Origin: a virus
Strand: one strand, 5' to 3'
IMG/VR virus record: IMGVR_UViG_3300010389_000012
Location: 2,496 to 66,495 of that record
DNA length: 64,000 nucleotides
In this document: in pieces, positions 1 to 9,939 of the stretch
Position numbering within the stretch: the stretch's first letter is position 1
Layout of the letters: the number at the start of each line of letters is the position of its first letter
Program-made: the position numbers and the translations under genes
The notes under the pieces: generated by a model
Seen by the model: the letters and a program-made list of their open reading frames with translations, nothing else
The model's database searches: none
What the model was told of the DNA's origin: nothing

Positions 1-662
1 TTGCCATTTCGCTCTAGCTCAAACACATCATCGCTTTCCAAATAAATTGGACCAGTAGAGCCAATGATGTCAATTTCATTACCTACGCCAGAAATCGCAG
101 CAGCACGAGTTTCGGCAAGCATGATCTTGTCGGCTCCCGATGGAATGACGAAGTAAGTGGTGTTGAGCTGTAAAGGATTGGGCACAGTTCCGCTTACGAC
201 GATCACTGCATCACCAGCCGTGTAGCCATGAGACACGCTCTCAAAAGTGTTGTCAACACTGCTAGTGCCGCTTGCAGTGCGATTCTTGACCACTGTGGCG
301 ATTGACTGGCCAGCAGTAGCCAAATTCACCTTCCCTCCATCGCCATCTTTCTCTGCAACGCTCACGGCAAACACGCCGTAAGAAATGCCGTTGTCCTGAA
401 TTTCAGTGGCTGCAGACCACGTAGACACCGTCGAGATGTTGGTGCTAGTGGCTAATCCAATTGCAGTGGTGCCAACTGCATCGCCCGCCACTGCCACGTC
501 AAACTGATCAGGACTGATCTTGAAAGATAGAGTGCCAGTTCGCGGGTCTTGAGAAGGATTTTGCAGAATCTGAGTGCTTAGACAGAATGAATAGGCACGA
601 TCTTCTGTCTCAGTGGGAAGCCCACTGGCAGTCAAATTGACGATGGAACTTCCTACTGCCAT
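1..662 (-). CDS. Virion structural/tail-associated protein, runs off the left edge
   Basis: ATG at 662 (minus); open frame MAVGSSIVNLTASGLP...HGYTAGDAVIV...LNTTYFVI to the window edge; Ser/Thr/Gly-rich, in the tail operon. Confidence 0.7.
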   Translation of the reverse strand, partial: MAVGSSIVNLTASGLPTETEDRAYSFCLSTQILQNPSQDPRTGTLSFKISPDQFDVAVAGDAVGTTAIGLATSTNISTVSTWSAATEIQDNGISYGVFAVSVAEKDGDGGKVNLATAGQSIATVVKNRTASGTSSVDNTFESVSHGYTAGDAVIVVSGTVPNPLQLNTTYFVIPSGADKIMLAETRAAAISGVGNEIDIIGSTGPIYLESDDVFELERNG

Positions 663-664
663 GC

Positions 665-2752
665 TCAACGCAGTCCGTAATTAAGGAACGCCCGCATTTC
701 AGGCGCAGGACTCAATTCATTATAAGTATTAGTGGTAGATACGTTATAAAGTCGCATCCACTCAGCGTCCTTCTCGCCCAGATCTTGAGTGAGAAGGGAA
801 TCAGCCACTCTGCGAGCAGCAAAAACAACAATGCCTTGATCAATTGGACGGGCTCGACCGGCAACAGCGTTGTCAATGACTAAGTCGTAGTAACCAGTTG
901 CATAGAACGGGGCGCTAATGCCATCGCTGCTGTAATCGTTGTACAGCGAGCCACTCCTTGTTTCAGAAAGAGTGAGGGTAGTGTTGCTCGGAGTGCTCAA
1001 CACGTAGAAAGTGCGAGTGCCAATAACAAAGCGGAAACCAGGCTCAAAAGTATGCTTTCGATCAACTGTGAGAAGCCCACTTCCATCGATGTTGGTAATT
1101 TGAATGTTTTCGTTATTAACTGGAAAATCAAACTTACTGTCGTATTCAGTGGTAACAGCTTCTCTAACGAGATCATAAATCTTGGTTAGATCAATCGTCT
1201 CCGCCTTATTAGGCGCAACAAAGAACGTACCCAACGCTTTGCCCGATACCACTTTCTTAAGGAGGAAGTTGCCTTCCAACGTGCCCATGTCAGTGAGCGT
1301 ATAAATGTCTTCAATCGCGATTGGAAGCTCTTCGGGCTCCTCCGTGATGAGTTGAACATTGGGGCTGTTTCCGTCCGGGCCTTCTAAAAGAGCTTCTGCA
1401 AGGCCGTATTCACCATCAGCGTCAGCGGGCAGCGTGCCATTGAAATGGCCCGCGTTATCAGCCAAAGAAGAGAACACTGGATCGCGAAGTACAACCAGCT
1501 CACTCGCATAGTTACCAAGTAGCTGCAGTTCATTAGGAAGACCTTGCAAGCTGTTAATAATGCCGCCGTCAGCAAAGTCCTTGCTTCTAATCGCAAAGAT
1601 GGGGAACAAATGGGCGGCTTGAGTGCCGCCCAGTACGGGACCGATGTCACGGCCAGCGCTCAAGTCGGCTCCATGAATCTCAGCCTTCTCGGACTCGCCG
1701 CCGTCCACCTGGAGGCTCAGTCCATATTTAATGATGAACTGAGGCTCAACCAGATAGCCCGTGTTCGTAATTTCAATGGTGAATGGTAGAACCGGCGTTC
1801 CCAGGCTTGGAGAATCAAGCGTGTCGGGGATGAGCATCTCATGCATCAACACCCAACGACCACGAGGGATGCCCTGGACGGTCTCAGGGACATCCTTTGC
1901 TTCATCTACGACAAATGCATAGAAACGTGCGGAAGAGGCGCCATACCAGCCCCACTCCACCAGATACATGCAGTTCTTTTCAAGATCAAGCGTTGCACCA
2001 CTGCCGCCAGTGCCGTCAATCTTGTCCCCATTGAAAGTGCTGCGCGGAACAATTACTTCCTTGACCAGGCCGTCGCCAGAAGAACGACGATGGACCAGCA
2101 TGAAATTATCACCGTCCCCATCAGCTTTGATGCGGAAGAAGAATCCATCTTGTGCATCTCCAATGCCCCATGTTTTTTCGCAAGCCGGGAGGTTCGCCTT
2201 GCTCATCTGAAGACACACTGAAGCGCGAATTACGCGACCAGTTTGGTATCTAAATCGCTTCCTAGTGGCAATACGAACTCGCTGAAACCCTCCTTCGGCT
2301 TTAGCAAGCTCTATCTTGACGGCGCGACGATCTTCGTCATGCCGGATATAGCCAGTGGGGATTGGCGAGTAATTGACGCCAACGTTCTCAAGCTGCGCCC
2401 ACTTTGCGCTTTCTTCTCCATCCGCACCAAGCTCGTTCAGACCCTGCACCTCAGAGACGTAAATATCGTCCCGATATGCATAGTCGTCAGTGTAATTAAA
2501 TAGGCTCAGGCTTGGCTCAGCCTTTTGGTTGCCAAGAATATCAGCGCGGTTCTCGCTTTCTTTCTCCTTGTGGATGACAATTGGAAGCGCACCTTCCAAC
2601 AGCGGAAAGACCAGCGGGATGCCGCTGGCCATAACATCTTGACCAATTGGAAAGCTGCCTGCTTCTTGCAGAACGGTGCCTTCATTGGCACCGCTCGCAA
2701 CAACAACTTTCTTATGGCCTACTTCATGATCTAGCTGGTGGTAAGTAGCCAT
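665..2752 (-). CDS. Virion structural protein (paralogue 1 of 3)
   Basis: 695 aa; RFRYQTGR..., FNGDKIDG, WGWYG motifs shared with 2760-4310 and in part 55922-57145. Confidence 0.7.
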   Translation of the reverse strand: MATYHQLDHEVGHKKVVVASGANEGTVLQEAGSFPIGQDVMASGIPLVFPLLEGALPIVIHKEKESENRADILGNQKAEPSLSLFNYTDDYAYRDDIYVSEVQGLNELGADGEESAKWAQLENVGVNYSPIPTGYIRHDEDRRAVKIELAKAEGGFQRVRIATRKRFRYQTGRVIRASVCLQMSKANLPACEKTWGIGDAQDGFFFRIKADGDGDNFMLVHRRSSGDGLVKEVIVPRSTFNGDKIDGTGGSGATLDLEKNCMYLVEWGWYGASSARFYAFVVDEAKDVPETVQGIPRGRWVLMHEMLIPDTLDSPSLGTPVLPFTIEITNTGYLVEPQFIIKYGLSLQVDGGESEKAEIHGADLSAGRDIGPVLGGTQAAHLFPIFAIRSKDFADGGIINSLQGLPNELQLLGNYASELVVLRDPVFSSLADNAGHFNGTLPADADGEYGLAEALLEGPDGNSPNVQLITEEPEELPIAIEDIYTLTDMGTLEGNFLLKKVVSGKALGTFFVAPNKAETIDLTKIYDLVREAVTTEYDSKFDFPVNNENIQITNIDGSGLLTVDRKHTFEPGFRFVIGTRTFYVLSTPSNTTLTLSETRSGSLYNDYSSDGISAPFYATGYYDLVIDNAVAGRARPIDQGIVVFAARRVADSLLTQDLGEKDAEWMRLYNVSTTNTYNELSPAPEMRAFLNYGLR

Positions 2753-2759
2753 CCTTTAA

Positions 2760-4310
2760 TCACCGTTCGCCCCAGGTGATGGAGCCATTCACTGTATTGC
2801 CGCTGTCAGCAATGCTTTCAGCAACCAGGGTCAGCACATCCCCTGCGTCCCCACTCTCGTTGGAGATCGGACGAGTGAGGAATTCACGGTTGTAACGGAA
2901 CACTTCCTGCAGAACGATGTTTTGACCATCGTCATCACCAGCAAAGAACGTAGCGACGGTGTCACCACCAGTCACGCCTGTTGCAGTGGTGTTGTATTCA
3001 ATGGCAGACAGTTGAGCAGTTGAAGTGAAATTGCTTGTATCAGAGGCAGGATCAACAGAAGCTCCAGCAATAGCCAAGCTTGTCGCGTTTTTGATCAAAC
3101 TGAACTTTGTCCGATACTCACTGGAAAGGTTGAGCATCAACGGAACAACACGCATGATGTTGGTCTTGCTGTTGCCATCAGCATTGACGATGTTTTCTTT
3201 GCATCGAATGGTCAACAGAGGACGGCTGGTTCCAGGATCAATGGAAGCAGCAGCGCCAGGCTGGCTAAAGATGTCGTACTTCGACGCATCACCACCATCG
3301 ATCTCGGCCTTGGTGCCATAGATCTTCAGATAGACAGCCTGAGCAATGTTTCCATCTTTCGTGACGCGGAACGTCATCGGCAGATTGGGGTTGCCGAGGC
3401 TGGGGAACGGAATCCGGTCGCAAGTGTTGAGCTGGTGAATGGTCACCCAGCGAGCTTGCTTTGCAGTTTCGCCGTTGGCGAGATTCTCGTCCTTCGGCAC
3501 GTAAGCCATCAGGCGTGCAGCAGAACCGCCGTACCAGCCCATCTGAATGCGGAACATTGTCACATTGGACAAGCTCAGCGTGTGGATGCTGCTGCCTTGA
3601 CCGTCCAACTTGTCACCGTTGAATGCGCTGCGAGGGACAATCTCTTCCATCACGGAAGGATCAGCAGGCAAAGTGCGATAGCGACTGCCGTTGTACAGGC
3701 TATTTACGTCGTTGATCGTGAAGTCACTGGAGCCCACGGGAGCACCGTGGTTCTGAGGACTTTCGCCAGAGTTAGTGCGACGGACAAAGAACAGATCGTT
3801 GCCCACCACGCGAATGATGTAGCCGTTCTTGTCGTCCCAAATGCCAAATTCGATAGTGGCGTTGGTGTCCTTCAGCATGGACACGCCAAAGCTCACGTCA
3901 GTGATGCGACCAGTCTGGTAAGGGAACACCAGGCGGCTCTGCATTTGAGCAGTGGTTGCATTAGTTGCATTGGTGTTGACCAGCAACTGAGCGCCGCTTT
4001 CAAGCGGCAGGTGCGTGACTGTTGAATAGTCAGGAGTGCCGGTGTCGTCGGCAGTGGTTTTCCAAGCCTTCGGATCGATGGCGAGGATATTCGTGGAGTC
4101 CCAAAGCTGCAAGCTGCTCTGCACCCGAGGGTTGCCGAGCAGATCATCATGCACCTCGCTAGGAGCACTTAAGTTGTCAAGAATAGGAACAGGAGACTGG
4201 TCGCTGGCAATAGCAACTGGCAGCGAATTGGCCATTGTGGCCTGACCAGCAGCAATAGGCTCTGAGCGGCCAACTGTTACTACCTGTTTACCTTCTTCAA
4301 TGTCAGGCAT
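2760..4310 (-). CDS. Virion structural protein (paralogue 2 of 3)
   Basis: 516 aa; FPYQTGR, FNGDKLDG, MGWYGG; C-terminal ITWGE. Confidence 0.7.
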   Translation of the reverse strand: MPDIEEGKQVVTVGRSEPIAAGQATMANSLPVAIASDQSPVPILDNLSAPSEVHDDLLGNPRVQSSLQLWDSTNILAIDPKAWKTTADDTGTPDYSTVTHLPLESGAQLLVNTNATNATTAQMQSRLVFPYQTGRITDVSFGVSMLKDTNATIEFGIWDDKNGYIIRVVGNDLFFVRRTNSGESPQNHGAPVGSSDFTINDVNSLYNGSRYRTLPADPSVMEEIVPRSAFNGDKLDGQGSSIHTLSLSNVTMFRIQMGWYGGSAARLMAYVPKDENLANGETAKQARWVTIHQLNTCDRIPFPSLGNPNLPMTFRVTKDGNIAQAVYLKIYGTKAEIDGGDASKYDIFSQPGAAASIDPGTSRPLLTIRCKENIVNADGNSKTNIMRVVPLMLNLSSEYRTKFSLIKNATSLAIAGASVDPASDTSNFTSTAQLSAIEYNTTATGVTGGDTVATFFAGDDDGQNIVLQEVFRYNREFLTRPISNESGDAGDVLTLVAESIADSGNTVNGSITWGER

Positions 4311-4316
4311 TGTTCC

Positions 4317-5000
4317 TTAGATCGAGGTGATGCGAGGCTTAACTTGCAGCGTGCCCAGTACAATCGTATCTTCCTTAAGTACGCTGAGCGTACCGCCAGT
4401 TGCATCAGAGCTGTAATTGGGAGTGCCGCCACTACCAGGCACAATCTCAAACACTGTGTTTGAAATAATGCTCAACGTATTGGTTGTATAAGTGGTATTG
4501 TAGCCGCTAACTGTTGTTCCAGCGACGCGAACAATATCGTTGGAAGTGAGATTATGGTTGCCGCTAGTAGTAAAACGAATTCGATTAGTGCCAAGACCAG
4601 CATCAATCACAGTGCCAGAAGAAACAGAAGCAATGCCACTTCCTTCTGAAATGTAATAAAGCTCTTTCAAGTCCCACAAAAACTTGGCAGCGGCGTCGCC
4701 GGGGTCAACAGCTTGACGGCCAACGTCATATTCAAGGTTTCGCTCCGCATAGCCGAGGCTAATGTTACGAGCCAAGTCTTCTGTTTGAGAAGAAGTGAGA
4801 GCAAGCTTAAGATGGCCGGTGGTACTCAGTTTGGTGATTCCGAAAGAGTCGACGGTAGTAGTAGCTCCAAAGGTCTCCCTGATTTGAGCTACCAACTCAG
4901 AACTGGAGAAGTCGCGAGGAGTGCCAATGGGTTTTTGGAAAGCTAGATACAGTTCGTCAAAACTGTCGCCTTCGCGGACTGTTACGTCAATACTTTCCAT
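4317..5000 (-). CDS. Tail/baseplate adaptor-like protein (BppU N-terminal-like)
   Basis: DVTVREGDSF...LVAQIR...LKLALTSSQT...WDL pattern; similar to 61383-61721. Confidence 0.55.
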   Translation of the reverse strand: MESIDVTVREGDSFDELYLAFQKPIGTPRDFSSSELVAQIRETFGATTTVDSFGITKLSTTGHLKLALTSSQTEDLARNISLGYAERNLEYDVGRQAVDPGDAAAKFLWDLKELYYISEGSGIASVSSGTVIDAGLGTNRIRFTTSGNHNLTSNDIVRVAGTTVSGYNTTYTTNTLSIISNTVFEIVPGSGGTPNYSSDATGGTLSVLKEDTIVLGTLQVKPRITSI

Positions 5001-5800
5001 TAGCCGTCAATCAGTCTGTCGAGATTAGCGATCATTTCTTGACGCAAAGAGGAAGTGCTGCGGCGTGGTTGGCGCAACTCTTCAATGCGGTTAAGAAGAT
5101 CCTGTTTCTCAATTTTAAGCCTATCAATCTCTGCGTGCAGATTGGAGAAATGCGTACTCAAGCCAATGCTTTCTTCCGCTTGCTTTTTCAATTGCTCATT
5201 TTCATTGGAAAGAACTGTGATTTCTTTCCTGGCTTGTCGTATCACTGCCTGAGCATCAGCCGGCATCACTTGCTTCTCCACCACTTCCGTCCGCACTGCG
5301 GGAACTTCAGCCTCCATCAGCTTGCGTTGGAGGCCGCTTACTTCAGACTGAAGCGAAGCCAATTTGCCCGCTGATGATGCTGCCCGAGACTCAGCATGAG
5401 TCAACTTGAGCATTAGATGAGCCTTTTCCTCTTCTAAAACATGCACTTGCTCTTGAGCCTTTTGAGCCTCTGCTCGCCACATGGCATTGTCAACCGCAGA
5501 AGTCCTGCCCTCACGAGAAGAGCGTCTCGCACCTCTCACTTGATCCAGAGAAATCTCTTCAGTATTGGGAACCATCCAGCGCTCGCTATAGCTGATCGGC
5601 CCCACATCAAACTTGTCTTTCCATCCAGCGAAAAACACTGTCGTGCCAGTGTTAAACGGCACTTCAATGTCCACTTCGCCGTCCGTAACCTTGAAAGACA
5701 TCTCCTTAGATGCTCCAATGAACGGCGTGGACGGCTTCAAATAAAGCCGTCCGTTCAATGGACCATCAGCACCATAAAGCTTGCCAATAACACGAGTCAT
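5000..5800 (-). CDS. Hypothetical protein with C-terminal coiled coil
   Basis: 266 aa ORF coupled to neighbours; heptad-rich C-terminal half. Confidence 0.7.
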   Translation of the reverse strand: MTRVIGKLYGADGPLNGRLYLKPSTPFIGASKEMSFKVTDGEVDIEVPFNTGTTVFFAGWKDKFDVGPISYSERWMVPNTEEISLDQVRGARRSSREGRTSAVDNAMWRAEAQKAQEQVHVLEEEKAHLMLKLTHAESRAASSAGKLASLQSEVSGLQRKLMEAEVPAVRTEVVEKQVMPADAQAVIRQARKEITVLSNENEQLKKQAEESIGLSTHFSNLHAEIDRLKIEKQDLLNRIEELRQPRRSTSSLRQEMIANLDRLIDG

Positions 5801-5802
5801 GA

Positions 5803-6204
5803 TCAGACCTCCCGATAGGTGACCATTACGGAATAATCACCACCGGAAGAAACCACTGCATTCAACTTCTCGCCTGCAGCCGTTTCAAACAGGCCAAGTT
5901 CATTGGAGATGGTCAGATTGCCAGAAGCAACAATGGGAAAGGCTGGAGTGAGATCAGTTGTTCCACCACTTTGCAACTGCACCGTGCAGCCGCTGATCGC
6001 ACTGATCACCAGGCTCGTAACGCGAATTGCTTTATCCGTTACTCCACTCACAACATCAGCACTGGCAGTGCCCGAAGCGAAAGCACTTTTCATCGACCGC
6101 GTTAGCAGGTCGTGCTGCATGATGTAAGGAGTGCTGGTCGTCCCTTGGCCATCGGCCTGGACATAGGCGGAGTTGCCTGCAGCATCTAGTCCGAAAAGAG
6201 ACAT
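5803..6204 (-). CDS. Putative structural protein
   Basis: 133 aa beta-rich ORF in the tail operon. Confidence 0.65.
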   Translation of the reverse strand: MSLFGLDAAGNSAYVQADGQGTTSTPYIMQHDLLTRSMKSAFASGTASADVVSGVTDKAIRVTSLVISAISGCTVQLQSGGTTDLTPAFPIVASGNLTISNELGLFETAAGEKLNAVVSSGGDYSVMVTYREV

Positions 6205-6207
6205 GAG

Positions 6208-6603
6208 TTAAATAACGAGAAACAGGTGGCGTTGAGTGTTCACGGTGCGACCATCTGGAAGTGTTGCAACTTTCGCAGAAGAAAAGTCAAACCTTAAAGG
6301 AGATGCAACCAGTGTATCGCTCTCTTCGTAGGAAGATTGCCTGCCATCCAAACCGATTGTAGCAACGCGGATTTTATAAGAAGAGGAGATACTGTAATCA
6401 TCCGTAGGAAGCGGTATATAAGTATCAGTTGTCGTCCCTAAATCAATCGTGCGTTGATCTTCTGTCGTGAACATCTGCACCTTGAACGCTTTAATCGCTG
6501 GGTGCCGGTGTGGATCTTGCCAACACAGCAATGGATTTATGACATTCAAAACTGAATATGAGCTGTACAAAGGAGCTTCCCATGTTGCTTCTACTCTTGG
6601 CAT
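6208..6603 (-). CDS. Fibronectin-III-like protein following gpJ
   Basis: VEATWEAP...YKIRVATIGLDGRQS FN3-like pattern; TGATG overlap with the gpJ stop. Confidence 0.6.
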   Translation of the reverse strand: MPRVEATWEAPLYSSYSVLNVINPLLCWQDPHRHPAIKAFKVQMFTTEDQRTIDLGTTTDTYIPLPTDDYSISSSYKIRVATIGLDGRQSSYEESDTLVASPLRFDFSSAKVATLPDGRTVNTQRHLFLVI

Positions 6604-8603
6604 CAGCTCGTCCTCAGTACAATTGATCCTTTGAAAACTTTAGGAGTGACCTTCACCCCAGAAACGCTTTTCACTGAGGCGTCAAAGAACGTACTTAGGT
6701 CAATTGTGTCGTATTTTTCTGCGTTGTAAGCGCTAGCCGTAACAGTAACAGAACCATCTTCACTTTCCATAATTCCAATAACTCGATACTTGCGCGGAGT
6801 GGCGCCACCCACTGTTCGCACCAAGAAGAATTCCCCCGCGTCAGGTGCCGAAGAAAACGCGCTGGATACGACAATCTTTGGGGACGCTGCGCTTGAAACT
6901 GCTGCTGTTTGAACAGTGCTAATTGGTCTCACTTCTGAGCCAATTACAAGCTCATAGGAAACGCCTCCTGTAAAACTTACTTGAGTGTCAACATTTATTT
7001 GAGTGGTAGTAGAACCAGCTTGAACAACACCTGCAGATAAACCAGCAGCCTTCATGTCGTCCTGAATTTCAATAATCTCGCCAGGCATCATCAGGAAACC
7101 TTGCGCTGTCACGCGGAACGTCACAGTCTCTTTTTCGGTGAGGTTTGTGACCAAAGCCCACCTACCAATTCGTTGAGCCTGTCCTTGCGAAGTGCAGCCA
7201 AATGCTCTCACCTCCAGTTCTCGGTATCCATATAGATCCAGCGCTTGCCTGTCTTCCACATATTCAAGCTTTGTCCTGTATCGATCTTCTGGATCGTTCC
7301 AGGACACCAAAGCTACCGTCTTACGGGCCTTGCGGCCCGTTCCTTCGTAAGAGAATGGACCGGCCTGCACGTTTCCGCTGTCGTCAACACTTTGAATGAC
7401 ATTGGAAGCATTAAATTTCTTTACTACATTCCCTGGTCTGTCTTGCGTTGGAACAACCGTTCCATTTGCGTAATAAAGCATGCCTCTAAAGGCTGCCGCA
7501 ATTGAATTCAACACTTCATATGCTTCGCCTCTGTTGTTGATATAGCCATTGAAAGTGAATCGAGGCTCCTTTCCTCCCCTGCCATCGTCTACTTCCTCAT
7601 CGCAATACTTTGCAATTTCATACAGTGCAAACTTATCAACTTGATCGGCGTCAATGAACTGACCACAGCCATATCTTTCATTGGTGATTAAGTCATAAAA
7701 CACCCAAGCCGGATTATTGCAATATCTGGTTTTGAAGGCGCCGTTCCAAGTGCCCACATAATTGCGTGTTCTTGTGTTGTAATTTTCTGGCACTTGAATT
7801 AAAAGCCCCTCCAAGTCAACACTGAGTCGTGGAATTTGGTTGAAACCCTCGGAATCAAGAGTCACTCCTACCAGAGCCGTTCCTGGATACTTAAGGCTTT
7901 CTTCAAGCCTGCCAACAATTGCCTTAAAGAAGAAATCACTGGCATCTGTTGCGCTTTCAGTGTCATCCGTTTCCCTGGTCACTTTGACTGTCCAGGGGCC
8001 AGTTCCGCTTATGGGGTATCTTGTTTCTTTATCAAAAGCCCCTCGTGTCTTTCCTTCGATCAATTCAGTGGCCTGGCCGCCTGTTAAAACTGAAACGCCG
8101 TTGTCGTCAGTAATGAAAACCCTATATTTAACTTTGCTTCCAGAAATATCACCATTATCATCATCCACTTTATACAACGCTCCAACACCCACGCGAACGA
8201 TAATTTCATCGAGATTTGTTGTTGACGTGGTAACTGATACACCTCCCCCTCTCTTTGTAACCTTCACGCCAACTGTTTGCTCAATCAGAACATCATCAAA
8301 TCCTTTCAAGGGATCCTGACCAATCGTCCCATTTGTCGAGACAATCTGCACGTTCCCGTCAAAATTAGTAACTCCATTCTCTTCTTCAATTGGAGTGTCG
8401 TTTAAATAGACACTTCTCTTGTCGTTTTCAGCGAAACCGTTGATTTCTCCTTCGCACATCGCCACCAAGATGTTGGCAGTGGCTTTACTAAATAAATCAT
8501 CATCTTCTTCTTTTGGTTTGCGATTGCCGCCGCCTTTTCCGCCGCCGCCACTACCTGACAGCTCCAAAGTCTTCTTGTCGTCGTCGAAATCAGGCATGAT
8601 CAA
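6603..8603 (-). CDS. Tail tip/host specificity protein J (lambda gpJ-like)
   Basis: CEGEING, YPGTALVG, NNPAWVFYDL...RYGCG, EPRFTFNG, FGCTSQGQAQRIGRW motifs. Confidence 0.92.
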   Translation of the reverse strand: MIMPDFDDDKKTLELSGSGGGGKGGGNRKPKEEDDDLFSKATANILVAMCEGEINGFAENDKRSVYLNDTPIEEENGVTNFDGNVQIVSTNGTIGQDPLKGFDDVLIEQTVGVKVTKRGGGVSVTTSTTNLDEIIVRVGVGALYKVDDDNGDISGSKVKYRVFITDDNGVSVLTGGQATELIEGKTRGAFDKETRYPISGTGPWTVKVTRETDDTESATDASDFFFKAIVGRLEESLKYPGTALVGVTLDSEGFNQIPRLSVDLEGLLIQVPENYNTRTRNYVGTWNGAFKTRYCNNPAWVFYDLITNERYGCGQFIDADQVDKFALYEIAKYCDEEVDDGRGGKEPRFTFNGYINNRGEAYEVLNSIAAAFRGMLYYANGTVVPTQDRPGNVVKKFNASNVIQSVDDSGNVQAGPFSYEGTGRKARKTVALVSWNDPEDRYRTKLEYVEDRQALDLYGYRELEVRAFGCTSQGQAQRIGRWALVTNLTEKETVTFRVTAQGFLMMPGEIIEIQDDMKAAGLSAGVVQAGSTTTQINVDTQVSFTGGVSYELVIGSEVRPISTVQTAAVSSAASPKIVVSSAFSSAPDAGEFFLVRTVGGATPRKYRVIGIMESEDGSVTVTASAYNAEKYDTIDLSTFFDASVKSVSGVKVTPKVFKGSIVLRTS

Positions 8604-9238
8604 GCTTTCAGTTGTTCAGTGCTAATTGCAGAAGAAACGACCAGAGGAGCTTGACACAAAAAGCGTCCATACAACAATGGAACGGGATAGCCCTGTGTTG
8701 TAAGCTCAGCAGCCCTGTCAAACATAAAATTGTCCCTCTTCTTGCTGTCGCCAGAAGGCGGCTCTACTGAGGGTGCAATCAAAGAAGCGATGCCTCCCAA
8801 AATCAAGCTTGCACCCAAACCAAACATCAAAGAGCCCATGGTCGTAAATGCCATGGTGCCGCCCAAAATGCCTTGACCAGCCGCCACAGTAGTGAATGCG
8901 CCAATACCAGGGATAAACATCATGCCAATCAAAGCCGCTCCTAGCAAAATCCTTCCGGCACCACCTCCAGACCCCGCAATAATTGGAGCAATAATCAAAC
9001 GATCACAACTCATCAACACTTCCTCATAATCCATTCCTTCAGGATCATCGGAAACAAGCTTGAAACCCATCGCTTTCTCGTGGGCTGTATAAAGATATTC
9101 CTTAAACCCCTCCACTTGATGAGACAGGGCGCTGATCACTTCCTTTGCGTTCTTCACATAGAACACATAGCTACGCCCAAATCGCCTTCCCAATTCTCCC
9201 AGCAGCTTCACTTCAACTCGCCTTTCAGTAGTCGTCAC
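8600..9238 (-). CDS. Tail assembly protein I (lambda gpI-like)
   Basis: VKLLGELGRRFG...QGYPVPLLYG; position between K and J. Confidence 0.9.
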   Translation of the reverse strand: MTTTERRVEVKLLGELGRRFGRSYVFYVKNAKEVISALSHQVEGFKEYLYTAHEKAMGFKLVSDDPEGMDYEEVLMSCDRLIIAPIIAGSGGGAGRILLGAALIGMMFIPGIGAFTTVAAGQGILGGTMAFTTMGSLMFGLGASLILGGIASLIAPSVEPPSGDSKKRDNFMFDRAAELTTQGYPVPLLYGRFLCQAPLVVSSAISTEQLKA

Positions 9239-9939
9239 AGCAAGCTCTCGTGTCGTAAAACTTTTGTGGTGTACTTAGACCAAGACTGGCCCCAAACAGT
9301 CCGTTCAGACTGCCTGTCCATTAGATGATGATAGAAGCAATTTTGCTCTGCCAAGAACACGCCAGCATGATTTGGCGATGGAGCAACAATGTTCATAAGC
9401 AAGAAGTCTCCAGTCTTACTTGGTTTGTCAATCTCCACAAAACCTTGCGCGGCGTAATTGTCTACGAACATTGTCCAGCTCGTACTCTCCCACTCTCCTT
9501 CTTCTCCACGTTCAAAGTCGTCAAGCTCAATCTTTAGTTCACGCTTGTAAAAGTCGCGCATCAGACTGTAACAGTCGTGAATGCCATATGCCCAATCGCG
9601 CCCTATATAGGGCGCTTCTCCCGTGGGATCTGCATAACGAAAATTGCCGGTCTTGTTCGTAAATAAAAGCCAAGGTAAATTACTGTGCTTGCAAACATTC
9701 ACGTCATGCAGCGAAAACTTTTCATTGCCATTGATATGCGAGTGATACACGCATTGGATTTTCCCTAATGCATCCACTCGCGCATAGTCTTCCGCTGTAA
9801 TCACAAATTCAATGTCTGGATTATCCGCTCTGTTTTCGCAAGGAAATATCTCGTCATTGATGATGAAGCCACACGCTTCCTCATCTCCCCTCATCAAGCA
9901 ATCGTGAGCGACAGCTTTTTTAAGCTTTTCATCAATCAT
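9235..9939 (-). CDS. Tail assembly protein K (JAB + NlpC/P60)
   Basis: EACG...HSH...S..D JAB motif; DCYSL..D.Y and NHAGV NlpC motif. Confidence 0.92.
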   Translation of the reverse strand: MIDEKLKKAVAHDCLMRGDEEACGFIINDEIFPCENRADNPDIEFVITAEDYARVDALGKIQCVYHSHINGNEKFSLHDVNVCKHSNLPWLLFTNKTGNFRYADPTGEAPYIGRDWAYGIHDCYSLMRDFYKRELKIELDDFERGEEGEWESTSWTMFVDNYAAQGFVEIDKPSKTGDFLLMNIVAPSPNHAGVFLAEQNCFYHHLMDRQSERTVWGQSWSKYTTKVLRHESLL

